A stretch of DNA of 64,000 nucleotides. Source: Phoronis australis. Its lineage: Eukaryota; Animalia; Phoronida. This document shows positions 25,101 to 36,566 of the stretch, in pieces (the first letter of the stretch is position 1; each line of letters opens with the position of its first letter). The translations under genes were made by a program, and so were the position numbers. The stretch is taken from positions 649,935 through 713,934 of the forward strand of contig NMRA01000153.1 in the NCBI GenBank assembly GCA_002633005.1, read 5' to 3'. The notes beneath the pieces are model-generated. The model was not told the origin of the DNA, made no database searches, and saw nothing but the letters and a program-made list of their open reading frames with translations.

Positions 25101-28100
25101 CTTATTATAATTGGGGATCAGCTAGATAGAGGTAGGTTGACTTTTTATTGCTAAGATTTACAAGAATTGGTTAGTAATTCTGCACACAAATAATTGCAAC
25201 TATATACATTTTTCTTTTTTCAAAGACTGGCTGCGTTGCTTCAAATAATCAACAATTGTCGTGCGACTGTTGCACGGTACAAACCATGTTTAGAATGAGG
25301 TAGAATTTTCTTAGCCTTTATTTTGATGAGAATATTGACATTTATTCATTCCACTTTCTTGCCATAGTGTGTGCTAATTATTGGAAGAATTGCTGCACAG
25401 TACAAAGCAAAAGTAATCAGACAAAATATTCATTTTCCTGACATGATGAACAATTCAGTTAACGGCAAAATTAGTGGTACTTACTATTATTAAGGGAAAA
25501 CTTATAGTTCTACATAATGGCTTATCCACCTAATTTCCTGTTTATTCTCCTTCCTCCTGGGTCATGAACAAAAACCACCTCTAACAATGAATTTGGCTTC
25601 TGTCCAGCCGTAATGAATGGGAATCCTGGGTGATTTTGTCTGAATACTTTTGACCATGCACTCATCTAGATGTCCATACTTCATAAACGTGTGCAAAGCT
25701 TATTTTAAACAGCATTTAAGGATGAATTCAAAGCATTTAATTGAAGAAAGCTTGTGAGTTTTATTTTCTGTAATTTCAGTAAAATAAAAACAGTTTCAAG
25801 CTTTCAAGCACCTTGTTTAAAAAGGTCATGATAGTGTGATGCAATATTTATGGATATAATAATCACCATAAAGTTTGATTTAGGAATTCAAGTCAGCCAT
25901 AAGGTCAGCAAACAATGTAATTCTTGTGCAAAATGTTTCAACTCCTTGGCATTCTGAGTCATCTCGGGAACTGTGGCAGATGTCAATGACATTTTATGAA
26001 AGTTTATGACTAATGTCTGTTGATTTGTTATGCTCTTAACATATCTCTGTTTTTTTTTCAGTTTTCCTGGCCGTAGCCCCAGGACACCATGACGTGTGGT
26101 ACATGGACCGCAAGTTCACTATTTCCGTGTCCTCTCTAGTGTTCATATTACCGCTGTGCTTTCCTCGTCGTATAGACTTCTTGAAATATGCCAGGTATGA
26201 CACTAATCGTATAGGGACCCGGATTTTCCCCGCGATAACGGAAAACTGTAAAAATTCATGAAATCTAACTTCTTTCACACATTTCAGGTACAGATAACAA
26301 AATTCCTATTTTTTGTTTTTTAATTACCCGAAAAGTTAACATCATCCATAAAATTCAACGACTCTAGCAGCAATAGCTGACTGCTCGTTCGGTTTTGGAA
26401 AAATAATAACCATGACGCACAAGTTTTCAGTAAAACGTGGCTCTGGCACAAGAAAGGCAGTTCACAGATCATGTTGTTTATTACTTTGAAATTGTAAAAT
26501 GGAATTTGGTGAATTACAAAACAGAAACAACAGAATTTTTTGTTTACTGAAATGGATTTTTCTGCAAACCAAGGTCTCTGCTAACAGTATGTGATGGGGC
26601 TCGTCAAATAAATCAAGTGTACTCTGTTTGGAGGTTTATTGTTTGTTGCACTAGTAGTTACATCCTAAAAAATAAAAAGATAACATCAAAACAATTGCAA
26701 TGGTCAGTATGTACAAGCAAGAACAAAATGATTGCATAACCAACTGTACGACAAATTCACCAACACTCCCATAGTCTAGTGGCACATTCACTAGACCACA
26801 GTCACAACCAAGTCTGTATGCAGTGAGGGTTCAAATCCTGCACACAAGAACATCTTTATGATTTTCTAAAAGTATAAAAACTGAACATATTAGAAACTTC
26901 ATTCTACCACAAGTGCGATAAGAGTAATTTACTATCGTAACACTGGGTAATTTCGCTAATGTGAAATTGGTTTGAATCTGAAAGGATCCTCCTGGGCGTT
27001 TGTTTGTGAAAGGTGGCAAGCTCTTTCCAAAATGTTTTGGCTTCCAGAAGTGCTGTCTTTCAACCATGGGCTTAACTTGAGAGGAATGTCTCACTGTGTC
27101 AGCAGCTTGGTTTCTGGAAGAGAAGTTTGATGACACTTCTGTTGTCTACTGCCAGTCCTTTAAAAGATCACCAGTTTAAAAAAACTATGTTCTTTCTTCT
27201 GCTGCACCTGGCCATCCGGGACACCTCAGGTATTTTCATGGCCTCAAAATATTTCTCGAATGTGTTTCATAGCTTCGCGTTTGTCATCTTCAGTCATGTG
27301 CAGATATGAAACACCTCTGTTGGATAATTCGAGGCTACAAAAATACTGAAGGTGTTCCGAATGGTACCAGCCATGCAAAGTAGCTTAATCTGTGCTTTTC
27401 AAATTACACAGAATAGATTGCTTCATTATATTTCAGTATGTTGGGCGTTGTTGGAGTGGTCTATGTTGTCATTCTGGTCATCGTAGAGTATTACATTGGA
27501 GGATATGTGCCTGGCCCTATTAAGTACACCCCCGATTCATGGATGGATGTTTTTACCGTTGTTCCTACTATTTGTTTTGGATATCAAGTAAGTGTTTTAG
27601 GTTAGTTGAAGTAACTAGACTGTGTCTCAACTGAGTACTATTCACTCATATTGAAAAGTTATGTGTTCATATTTATCAACATTTCCATACTTTGCATCCG
27701 TAAGTTTTAATGTTGCTTAGAGTGCTAGGCAGGCTCATTCTTGTTGGGGGTGTTATGTGGTCATAGTTTTAATGTTGCTTGGAGTGCTAGNNNNNNNNNN
27801 NNNNNNNNNNNNNNNNNNNNNNNNNNNNNNNNNNNNNNNNNNNNNNNNNNNNNNNNNNNNNNNNNNNNNNNNNNNNNNNNNNNNNNNNNNNNNNNNNNNN
27901 NNNNNNNNNNNNNNNNNNNNNNNNNNNNNNNNNNNNNNNNNNNNNNNNNNNNNNNNNNNNNNNNNNNNNNNNNNNNNNNNNNNNNNNNNNNNNNNNNNNN
28001 NNNNNNNNNNNNNNNNNNNNNNNNNNNNNNNNNNNNNNNNNNNNNNNNNNNNNNNNNNNNNNNNNNNNNNNNNNNNNNNNNNNNNNNNNNNNNNNNNNNN

Positions 28101-31100
28101 NNNNNNNNNNNNNNNNNNNNNNNNNNNNNNNNNNNNNNNNNNNNNNNNNNNNNNNNNNNNNNNNNNNNNNNNNNNNNNNNNNNNNNNNNNNNNNNNNNNN
28201 NNNNNNNNNGTCTGTGTGGGTTTGTTTAAAAGGTAGCTATGCTTTGAAGTTGTGCGTAGATGGAGAGTGAATAATCAAATCCAGTAATTAATTTATTATA
28301 TGATAACCCCTAATTAGACAAATGAAACCTATTGTTAATTAAGTAATCAACTACAAAGAGAAACTATGCTAGCGCCCTCTTTAAAGATTACTTTAATCAA
28401 ACAACCAAACGATCAAATGTCTTATCTGCTATCCAAGCTAGGACTCTCCACTTGTTGGATGTCTGTGCTGTTGGTGAATCTTCGAACTGCACTCACACAC
28501 TGTATAGCGACAGTGTACTTGCTGGTCACCGTCTCTGGTGATGCAACACTTGCAGGCAATTTCTTCTACCCGCTAATCTTCTTGCTGGTCACAGTCTCTG
28601 GCTGATGACGCAACACTTCAGGTAGTATCTTACTACCCACAATGCAAGTGACAAGCTCTTAGTTAACTTCCTGTTCGTTAACCCTTGCCCTTGCCAAGAT
28701 CCTTTCTCGGATCTTCCACGAGATGGCTCTGTCGTACAACTGCTTCTGTACACTGTAGCAAGTCTTTATGCTTCAACTACTATAGCACATCTGATTATCT
28801 TGCTGATTTCAGCCCATAATATAACATTCTACTTATTTAGTGATTGGCTAATAAAAACCACATGATCATATCCACTCTTATTATTGGCTGTTACAATTTG
28901 TTCTCAGAATATTCTAGAATCTCGAGAGTACTTTGACCCCAGAACCCAAAGTTGTAAACACCATCTAAAAATAGATTTTGACGTTAAAATACATGTCAAC
29001 AAGTCTGACCCCATCATTTAAAAGTACATATGCACAAATTTTGGGCAACTTAAAATGGAGCTATTCTTACTAATTACTTAATCAATATTTATTCTGACAG
29101 TCACAATCTCATCTGTTGTCGAATTCACGTTGATGATTGTCTTAATTTTTTTCTGCATGGACATTTGATGCTTAAGCAAGCCATTCATATTGTCTAGTGT
29201 ATTAACTGTTAATTTTGATAATTTGTTTGTTCTAAAGCAAGGAAGAATACCACCCAATGGGAGGATTTTAAAAGGTTAAACTAAAATAAATTAAAATAAA
29301 ATCTGTCCTTTGAACTTCGAAAAGAGCCTTAGTTGGTTTAATATAATAAACAGGCAAATTAGTATGCCAAATATTTACCAACCATTCTTGGAGCACTTCC
29401 AATTCCTTTGGGAGAGTGTGAAACACTGTCTTTATAAAAAGTAACCAGAAACACAACAAGAAATCATGGTTGCAACTCAGAAGGCTTTTGACACTCTACA
29501 GTCTTGATGCCAAAATGATTTCACTGCCTGTTTTTAATTCACTGGTTGGGCCTTAGGACGTTTACATAGTGCAGAAGTCCCCTCCGAAGACTCCTTTATC
29601 ACTCACGAATGTAAAGAAAGGCTGTTAAAAGTGGTAAAGCATTCCTTTAAGGTAACTGGGTACATCCATTACACCATGTCACTTTGGTACCTCTATTACA
29701 TCTATCACTTTGGTACCTACATTACACTATATCACTTTGGTACCTCCATTACACCATATCACTTTGGTACCTCCATTACATCTATCACTTTGGTACCTAC
29801 ATTACACTATATCACTTTGGTACCTCCATTACACTATATCACTTTAGTACCTCCATTACATCTATCACTTTGGTACCTCCATTGCACCATATCACTTTGG
29901 TACCTCCATTATACCATATCACTTTGGTACCTCCATTACACTATATCACTTTGGTACCTCCATTGCACCATATCACTTTGATACCTCTATTACACCATAT
30001 CACTTTGTAAGTGACTTCAGATCATAGCTCATGTGTTCACCAAACCTTGGGGATTCTGGCAACCAATTACCTTTGGTACCCAATGAAAATTGTTTTGTGA
30101 CAGTGACAAATCTTTCTCACTTGCTCAAATGTTTTCTGTGTGTGCTACATTCATGTGGGATTCTACGAATGCGTTATACTGCTCAGTAAGTATTTTGCCT
30201 GGCTGTACGCAGGTAAAGCGAGATAACTTTCATATGAGGCAGTCAGATCAATTTGTAGCTCTCTGTCTACACTGGCCCTTACTGTGACTACACATCTCTG
30301 TTCTGTGAAAATCTTGGCAATAGTGCTGAAACTTGGCATCTGCATTTCCGTGGCCAGTCATTTCCGGGCCCTGGTGAATTAGTGGAAAGCACAACACGAC
30401 AGTAGACATAATGATGTTTTATTTATGCATCCGTCACAGTGTCACACCTAACGAGTGGGAGATAGAAACATGGGTGCAATCATGCCGTAAAGGCTGAAAA
30501 AGAACTAAAAAATAATAAACATGGATATCTAACAAGGTGCTACATAATTAATTATGTAATTGCACTAAATCAACAAACATTGTAACTCAAACTTCCACTT
30601 TTGGCAGGTCTAATAAGTGTAGAACTGTACACACGCAAAGCAGCAAGGGAGACATTGAATACAGAACAAGCAATAGGGGGCGCCTCCATACAGTTCCAAT
30701 GACTTCCTAATTCAGTAAACATTTTGACATCTTACAGAACTATGTTTCTATTATATTTTTTCATTTTCAGGGTCGCTTTTGACAGTATATGGGTAAAGGT
30801 ATGGGGCCTGACAGCTGCAGAGGTTGCCTTTGGAGAGAGACGTCGGCGCATCATTACAGTGATTTTGTGGTTCCTGGTAACAGTAGCTCTTGCCGCTTTC
30901 ATACCAAACATTGCCATAGTCATTAATCTGCTTGGCGGTCTGGCAGCTTGTTTTATATTCGTTTTCCCAGGTAGGTTGATTTTGTAGTAACATGACACTG
31001 GAATTAATTACATGTGGTATTTATTACTTCTATTGCCTTGTACCTGATGGAAAAAGAATTTGATGTCAGTGCAAAATGTCTCTTTAATACGCCTCTTAGA

Positions 31101-32516
31101 CAGAAAAGTATGCAGTAATTTTCAAAAAAAATGACAAATTACTCTTTGTTGACAGTCAGCAAAATTTTTCTGTAAACAAGTTAATTTTTTCATTTGATAT
31201 CCTTCTACGTTTAAGTCTTAAATTCAATTCGTGAATTTGAAAACTAGTTTACCGATGTACAACACAAAATTCTTTCCCTCTGTCGGCTTCAAATAAAAAT
31301 TGATTCCGTACACAACTACTGAGATAGAAGCAATTACCTCCAGTCCCACATGATCAGCCACCAGATGGCAGCAGTAGTCCTCTGGGTGCGTGCGTGGGTG
31401 CATGACATTAGACTTATAGATCATTCCAACAAATGTAGTTAGGCCTCGCCCAGCACAGTTACCGTGGCATAATACTTCAAGTGCAAAGCAAATATGACAG
31501 AAGTCCTCTGCAACCGTAATACCACAAAAGACCATTTGCCAGATATTCCCCAAAACATTTCCCTGAAACAGTTACCACACAATCTTAAAGGGCCCTGGGG
31601 TAAAAATTAGCCATCACAGACAGCAGTATTTCCAGAATTGCAGGTCTTTGAATCCATTCACATCATTTGTATTTCATTCAGATGTCAGATCCATTCAGAC
31701 AACTCATTGTGAAATACTTTACCTTGACTGGAAAATCTGGTTTAAATCTTGATGAAACTGGACAGCAGTAAAGTCACATTTCAAGCTCTGAAATAACATG
31801 TTTAAAATAAAATGTTGAAACTTTGGCCATGGGTTGATAATGAATCAATTTGTACAATGGGTGTGCGTCTCAAGTTCCCTGGTATATTAATTGACATACA
31901 ATGTTGAGTTATATTTTAATGAAGAATTTCCTTAAGTACTTTGAAAAAATATAACATTCAAACCCGTCAACATAGACGCAAGTAGAGCACTTGCAGGTTT
32001 ACAAACATAGCAGAAAAGTGGCATAACCTCATAAAGGTCTATAACCCTGCACGGGGAAGACAAAAAAGCCAGTGCAGATGGATAGCTTCATGAATTGACA
32101 GTTCAACCTTTGTTCACTTGAGGCATACTGCTCACTGCATAAATATCTGTCTGCACTGACTGTTAGAAATCTCTGGCAAATTCCGCCATGTAACAGGGTG
32201 GTAGGACGATGCCAAGGAAAGTAGGACAACAATCCATTTTTTTTTCTCATCCAGCAAAATGTCTATAACTGAACGTTAAGGTGCAGATCAGTGAAATCTT
32301 CAGTTTAAAAGATTGTTTTGAGCTTATCTGGTAAACTAATATTTTATTTCAGGTTTGTGTTTACTGCAATTGGCCTTTCGCAAGTCCGGCAGAATCAGCA
32401 TCAACAAAGAACGCACAGCAGTTGTTCTTGCGTGTGCTTTCGTGGTCTTGGGGGCTTTCCTGACAGGTGTCACTGTGTGTCAATCCATTGCAGATGACAT
32501 TCTTCAGCATACATGA
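19146..32516 (+). CDS. SLC38A7: Sodium-coupled neutral amino acid transporter 7 (SNAT7); middle exon(s) not present in the assembly
   Basis: Exons 19146-19275 (MSVQLSGG...), 23713-23834 (TSWYASVFLIVNAALGAGLLEFPWAY), 24933-25131 (LLAYCSD...TYQDVV...YLIIIGDQLDR), 26062-26194 (WYMDRKFTISV...LPLCFPRRIDFLKYAS), 27437-27587 (...SWMDVFTVVPTICFGYQ), [missing], 30771-30970 (ERRRRIIT...FIPNIAIVINLLGGLAACFIFVFPG), 32353-32516 (LCLLQ...GAFLTGVTVCQSIADDILQHT*). Motifs match recalled human SLC38A7 (NACLGAGLLNFP, WYTDRKFTIS, PTICFGFQ, GGLAACFIFVFPGLCLIQ). Confidence 0.93.
19623..20967. mobile_element. PIF/Harbinger-like non-autonomous element (CAG TSD) in SLC38A7 intron 1
   Basis: CAG|GGCCCGGTCTCTAATCTCCGTACTCAGACT...AGTCTGAGTACGGAGATTGGAGACCGGGCC|CAG; 3-bp CWG TSD; dense subterminal TACTC/GAGTA motifs. 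Confidence 0.8.
21388..22130 (-). mobile_element. Possible decayed solo LTR or retroelement remnant
   Basis: Imperfect terminal inverted repeat TGACGTTTTGTGGCC / GGCCGTAAAACTTC, minus-strand AATAAA near 21555 after a T-rich tract; no TSD found. Confidence 0.3.
28210..29099 (-). mobile_element. Second LTR copy (inverted), truncated by the assembly gap
   Basis: Reverse complement starts TGTCAGAATAAATATTGAT at 29099 and aligns by eye along 13613-14525 (e.g. cagagccatct.gtggaagat, ggcaagggcaa, gttaactaa, ggatagcagataaga). Confidence 0.8.
29650..30008. repeat. Minisatellite, 26-27-bp unit, ~13 copies
   Basis: Unit tatcactttggtacctccattacacca with minor variants. Confidence 0.95.
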
Positions 32517-34644
32517 CGACAGGTCATTGATAAAGCTATGACAACACTTTTCAAGTGATACATGTACAAGCATAATAGACCTGAATTTAATGATAGGTAG
32601 TTTGAAGCAGAAGAACGCACAATCTCTCGACAAGTGACGGAGTGTTTTGGCCATATGTCAATGCTGTGATTGCTATGACATAGCGCCATCTATCATCAAT
32701 TAAAAGTGACGAATGGAACCTCATTGTTTAGAAATGACTGAAACGGTCCTTCCGGCAACAATCTTGTACATTCCCTTTCATTTTAAGGAAAATTTTCTCT
32801 TGTTTCAATCTACAAATTTACAAATTAATGTTGTATAAAAGTATTACAGTTTTTTGAAAGATATGCGTTTGTTCTTTTTATAATTGAACAGTTTTTTGTT
32901 GATCATGCAAAGGATATGATTTTGTGGATCGTAGTTGTAATATGTGCATGTGTTCCTCTTCAATGTATCTCATCCTTGTATATTGTAATTTAGCTAGGTT
33001 TTGCTTTTAGTCTGTCCAGATTTTAACATTTTAATGGAAATTGCGTTTTACTGACCTAATTTTGACATTTTCTTGGAAATCATGTTTTACTACAGTACTG
33101 TATTTTAGTATAAATTTATTTACATTACTTGAGAAGTGTTTTTTATTCTGTGGCCTGAAGTGCTCCAGAAAACAAGTTGTTAAGTCACACATTGAACCCT
33201 GAATGAATATCGTGACTACACCAAGCCCATGAGGAATACATGTAAATTGTGTACCTTTGAAACCATGAAACAAGTGGCTCCTTATTTTAATATACAAGTA
33301 TGTGTTAGCTGTACTTTGGGAGCAAGTTTTCAGAATTTGTTAAACGCACGACACTTTTCATTGTTCACAGTCATTCCATTACGTTCGTACTTTCGGAACA
33401 AAACTCTACTCTCAACTGAACATAGATGCAGTAACTGACCTAGCGACATAATTAAAAGACACACGATATTTCGAAACATACTCGTTTCACTCTCAAGTGA
33501 AGATAAAATGACTTAATGCCACCACAGAGTATAAGCTAATGACACACACAGTGAGACATGGTGGGTGTTATGATAGATTTTGAGAGCTTCACCACAATTA
33601 TTTTCTTGACAAATTGCTATATTGGCCTTTATGCTCTTCAGCTTTTGATTATGTAACTTCTTGTCCTTCAGGTCTAACAAAATAGAGGAATGGTTTGAAA
33701 GATTCACCATTATTTGCAGCTCTTTTTCACAAAATCCTGAGATCCTTTACTTCAACAAAGTGAATTCAATCATGCATCTATGCCTTTACTTTACACACAA
33801 GTTTGTGGAAACCGGTTTGCACAGAAACATCTTACATGACAATGAACACACAGTAGCTGAAATATAACATGAGCAATGCAGTGTCTATATGCACCAGTGG
33901 ATTACCCTTGACGTGTAGCTAAAGGTAAACCAAAGCAGTGTTCATTGCATATACCAAGATCTAAGATAACCAGTGGACTACGAGAATTTGGAATACATTA
34001 TAAAAAATTGCACATGCGTTTGCTGAAGTGTTGCTGGCAATGTTGAATTTTTAATCAAAGTACTTAATAGGTTAAAAAACATCATGCTTATCCGATCTTG
34101 AATTATTGCCAATTGAGCCATAAATTCATGTCATGGGCAAGGTGTCACCATACATGCAACACTTTTTTGAAATCTGCATTTTTAGACTTGGTCAATTATA
34201 ATGAGTCGCGGATGTCTTCAAGGTTCTTGTTGGTAATGGACACAGAATGCCATCATAGGGAATGTATGTTAACATGTAAGTAAAAGACCACTTTGATTTT
34301 CATTTTTAGCCAACTAAACTGAGCAAAATGCAACTTTTATTGATGCACCAACTCGTATAAATTAAAAGTAATATTTGTGGCAAAGTCTCCCACAACTACT
34401 TGAATATAATCCAAATTGACAGCAAATTCATTTTTTGTAAACTACAGTAAAGTCCCGCGATTTTCGGACGGCCCGCCATTTTCGACCAAGAAAAAATATT
34501 TCCGAAATGAGTTTTTCATAGTCCACGAAATTCGTACAACGTCCAAAAACCGTTTTTCAATTATCCTCGAATTTCGGACAATGTCAGTAAAAATGACATA
34601 ATTGTGATCCAACTGGGCCATGATGTTTCATGCAAAAGGGCAAA

Positions 34645-35340
34645 TTTTTGTGCCCGTAGCCTATGTCCTAAACCCAATTTAGCAACGGTATTTATATGAA
34701 GTTGACAAGGGATGACAACTTTCAAACGAATCAGACGAACGCTGTGCCTCCTAGTGGCAATTTCATTTTTTCAGTCCTCTTTAGTTCCTTGATGGATTTT
34801 TATGGAATTTTGGTAATAGTTTTCTATAAAGGAAACAATGACATTTTTTTCGTATGGATTCTGCAACACCTTTTCTGCCATCTAGGGGCTATTTTTACTG
34901 TTCAACCAAACCACTCTAGGAATGGTTGTGAAACTTGGCATATTACGGTATATATGTTCTTAGTGCGAGGACTTGATGATTTTCCGACTTCGACTGCTGT
35001 GGCACCTCCTACTGGCAGTTTTGTTTTTTTTGTGTCCTACTGCAGGATCTTTGTTAAACTTAGCAAGTGTATTTATATTTAGATGACAACAAATGACGAC
35101 TTTCAGATCCGACGAACATTGTGCCCTCTAGTGACAATTTCATTTTTTCGCTTTTCCTCTGAAGTTCCTCAATGGGTTTTTATGAAATTTGATAGCTTTC
35201 AAGAAACTGTGTTCCCGTTTAATATGGACTCACCTATTTTGCGCCATCTAGTGGCCATTTTTACGACACAAATTAACACCCCTAGCACACCATTTGCAGT
35301 GCATTCGTGGGTGCATTTCAATGCTCAGATTTGCTCTTGT
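34645..35340 (+). mobile_element. Helentron/HINE-like non-autonomous element, copy A
   Basis: Internal repeated modules (cctctagtggc, aaactt) and 3' end gcattcgtgggtgcatttcaatgctcagatttgctcttgt shared with 42177 (minus) and 55180. Confidence 0.55.
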
Positions 35341-35510
35341 TCATAGAAGGCATGCTGCATCCAATAAATTATTAACTATATTCCAAGTTCTGTACCATCG
35401 CTACCACCTGAAAATTCTTTCAAAAAGTGTGGGTATTCACAAAGTTGGGAAGACATCTGGATAACAATGGATGCTGCGATGAAGACGTCAGTAATGAGCA
35501 CTCAAATAAG

Positions 35511-36466
35511 CAGTGGCGGATCTAGGATATCACAAGGGGGGGGCCCAACATTTTGTCCGGGTGTAAGCATTTGCGCAAACTGAACCACGATTGTAGATGC
35601 GCATAGCACCGAATGGGGGAGGTCGAAATTTTTCTGATTTTACCTCTAAAAATCGAGCATTTTCCTGGATTCCTGAAGTATTATCCAAGAAAAAAGGCAA
35701 AAAAGGAGAACGTGTCAAACAGAAAAAAACTGCAAGAACCAAAGACTCGAACTCACAACCTGGCGGATAAAGCGTGCGTGCGTTACCACTACACCACCAC
35801 GATTTACCTACTAATTTCATACTAAGAGACCTACTTGTTTATGGTCCACAGCGTTTGCGCGCGAAACCTACTTTTTTGTAATGCTTATTACACGTTTTAT
35901 ATTTTGTGCCATCAATTCTTAACAAATTTGTCGTATTTAAAATAGTCTTCAAATGCTCAAAAGACCAAATCCGTTTTTCGCGTTGGCAATAATGACACCG
36001 GGGATTGCTTTGGAAATCGTCTTAAGATAAGGTTTGACAAAGAGAGTATTGCGAGTTTCTGAGTGATTCACNNNNNNNNNNNNNNNNNNNNNNNNNNNNN
36101 NNNNNNNNNNNNNNNNNNNNNNNNNNNNNNNNNNNNNNNNNNNNNNNNNNNNNNNNNNNNNNNNNNNNNNNNNNNNNNNNNNNNNNNNNNNNNNNNNNNN
36201 NNNNNNNNNNNNNNNNNNNNNNNNNNNNNNNNNNNNNNNNNNNNNNNNNNNNNNNNNNNNNNNNNNNNNNNNNNNNNNNNNNNNNNNNNNNNNNNNNNNN
36301 NNNNNNNNNNNNNNNNNNNNNNNNNNNNNNNNNNNNNNNNNNNNNNNNNNNNNNNNNNNNNNNNNNNNNNNNNNNNNNNNNNNNNNNNNNNNNNNNNNNN
36401 NNNNNNNNNNNNNNNNNNNNNNNNNNNNNNNNNNNNNNNNNNNNGCCCCCCCTAAATCCGCCTATG
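35511..36466. mobile_element. MITE family B long variant (spans N gap), 6-bp TSD, tRNA-like segment at ~35745-35800
   Basis: AATAAG|CAGTGGCGGATCTAGG...CCTAAATCCGCCTATG|AATAAG. Confidence 0.7.
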
Positions 36467-36566
36467 AATAAGAATAGAAATGAAGTAGCACACTTGACAA
36501 ACATAAAGGAAACAATACTTTTCAATATTTTATTTTTTGTTTTCTTTGTACATGTGAATTCCAGAT

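Noticed and set aside
27741-28236. Long ORFs here and at 36022-36525 and 42719-43034
   Set aside because: Artefacts of translating through N gaps.
29631-30010. Repetitive ORFs here and at 62400-62784
   Set aside because: Open frames arise from minisatellite units in introns; no splice or homology support.
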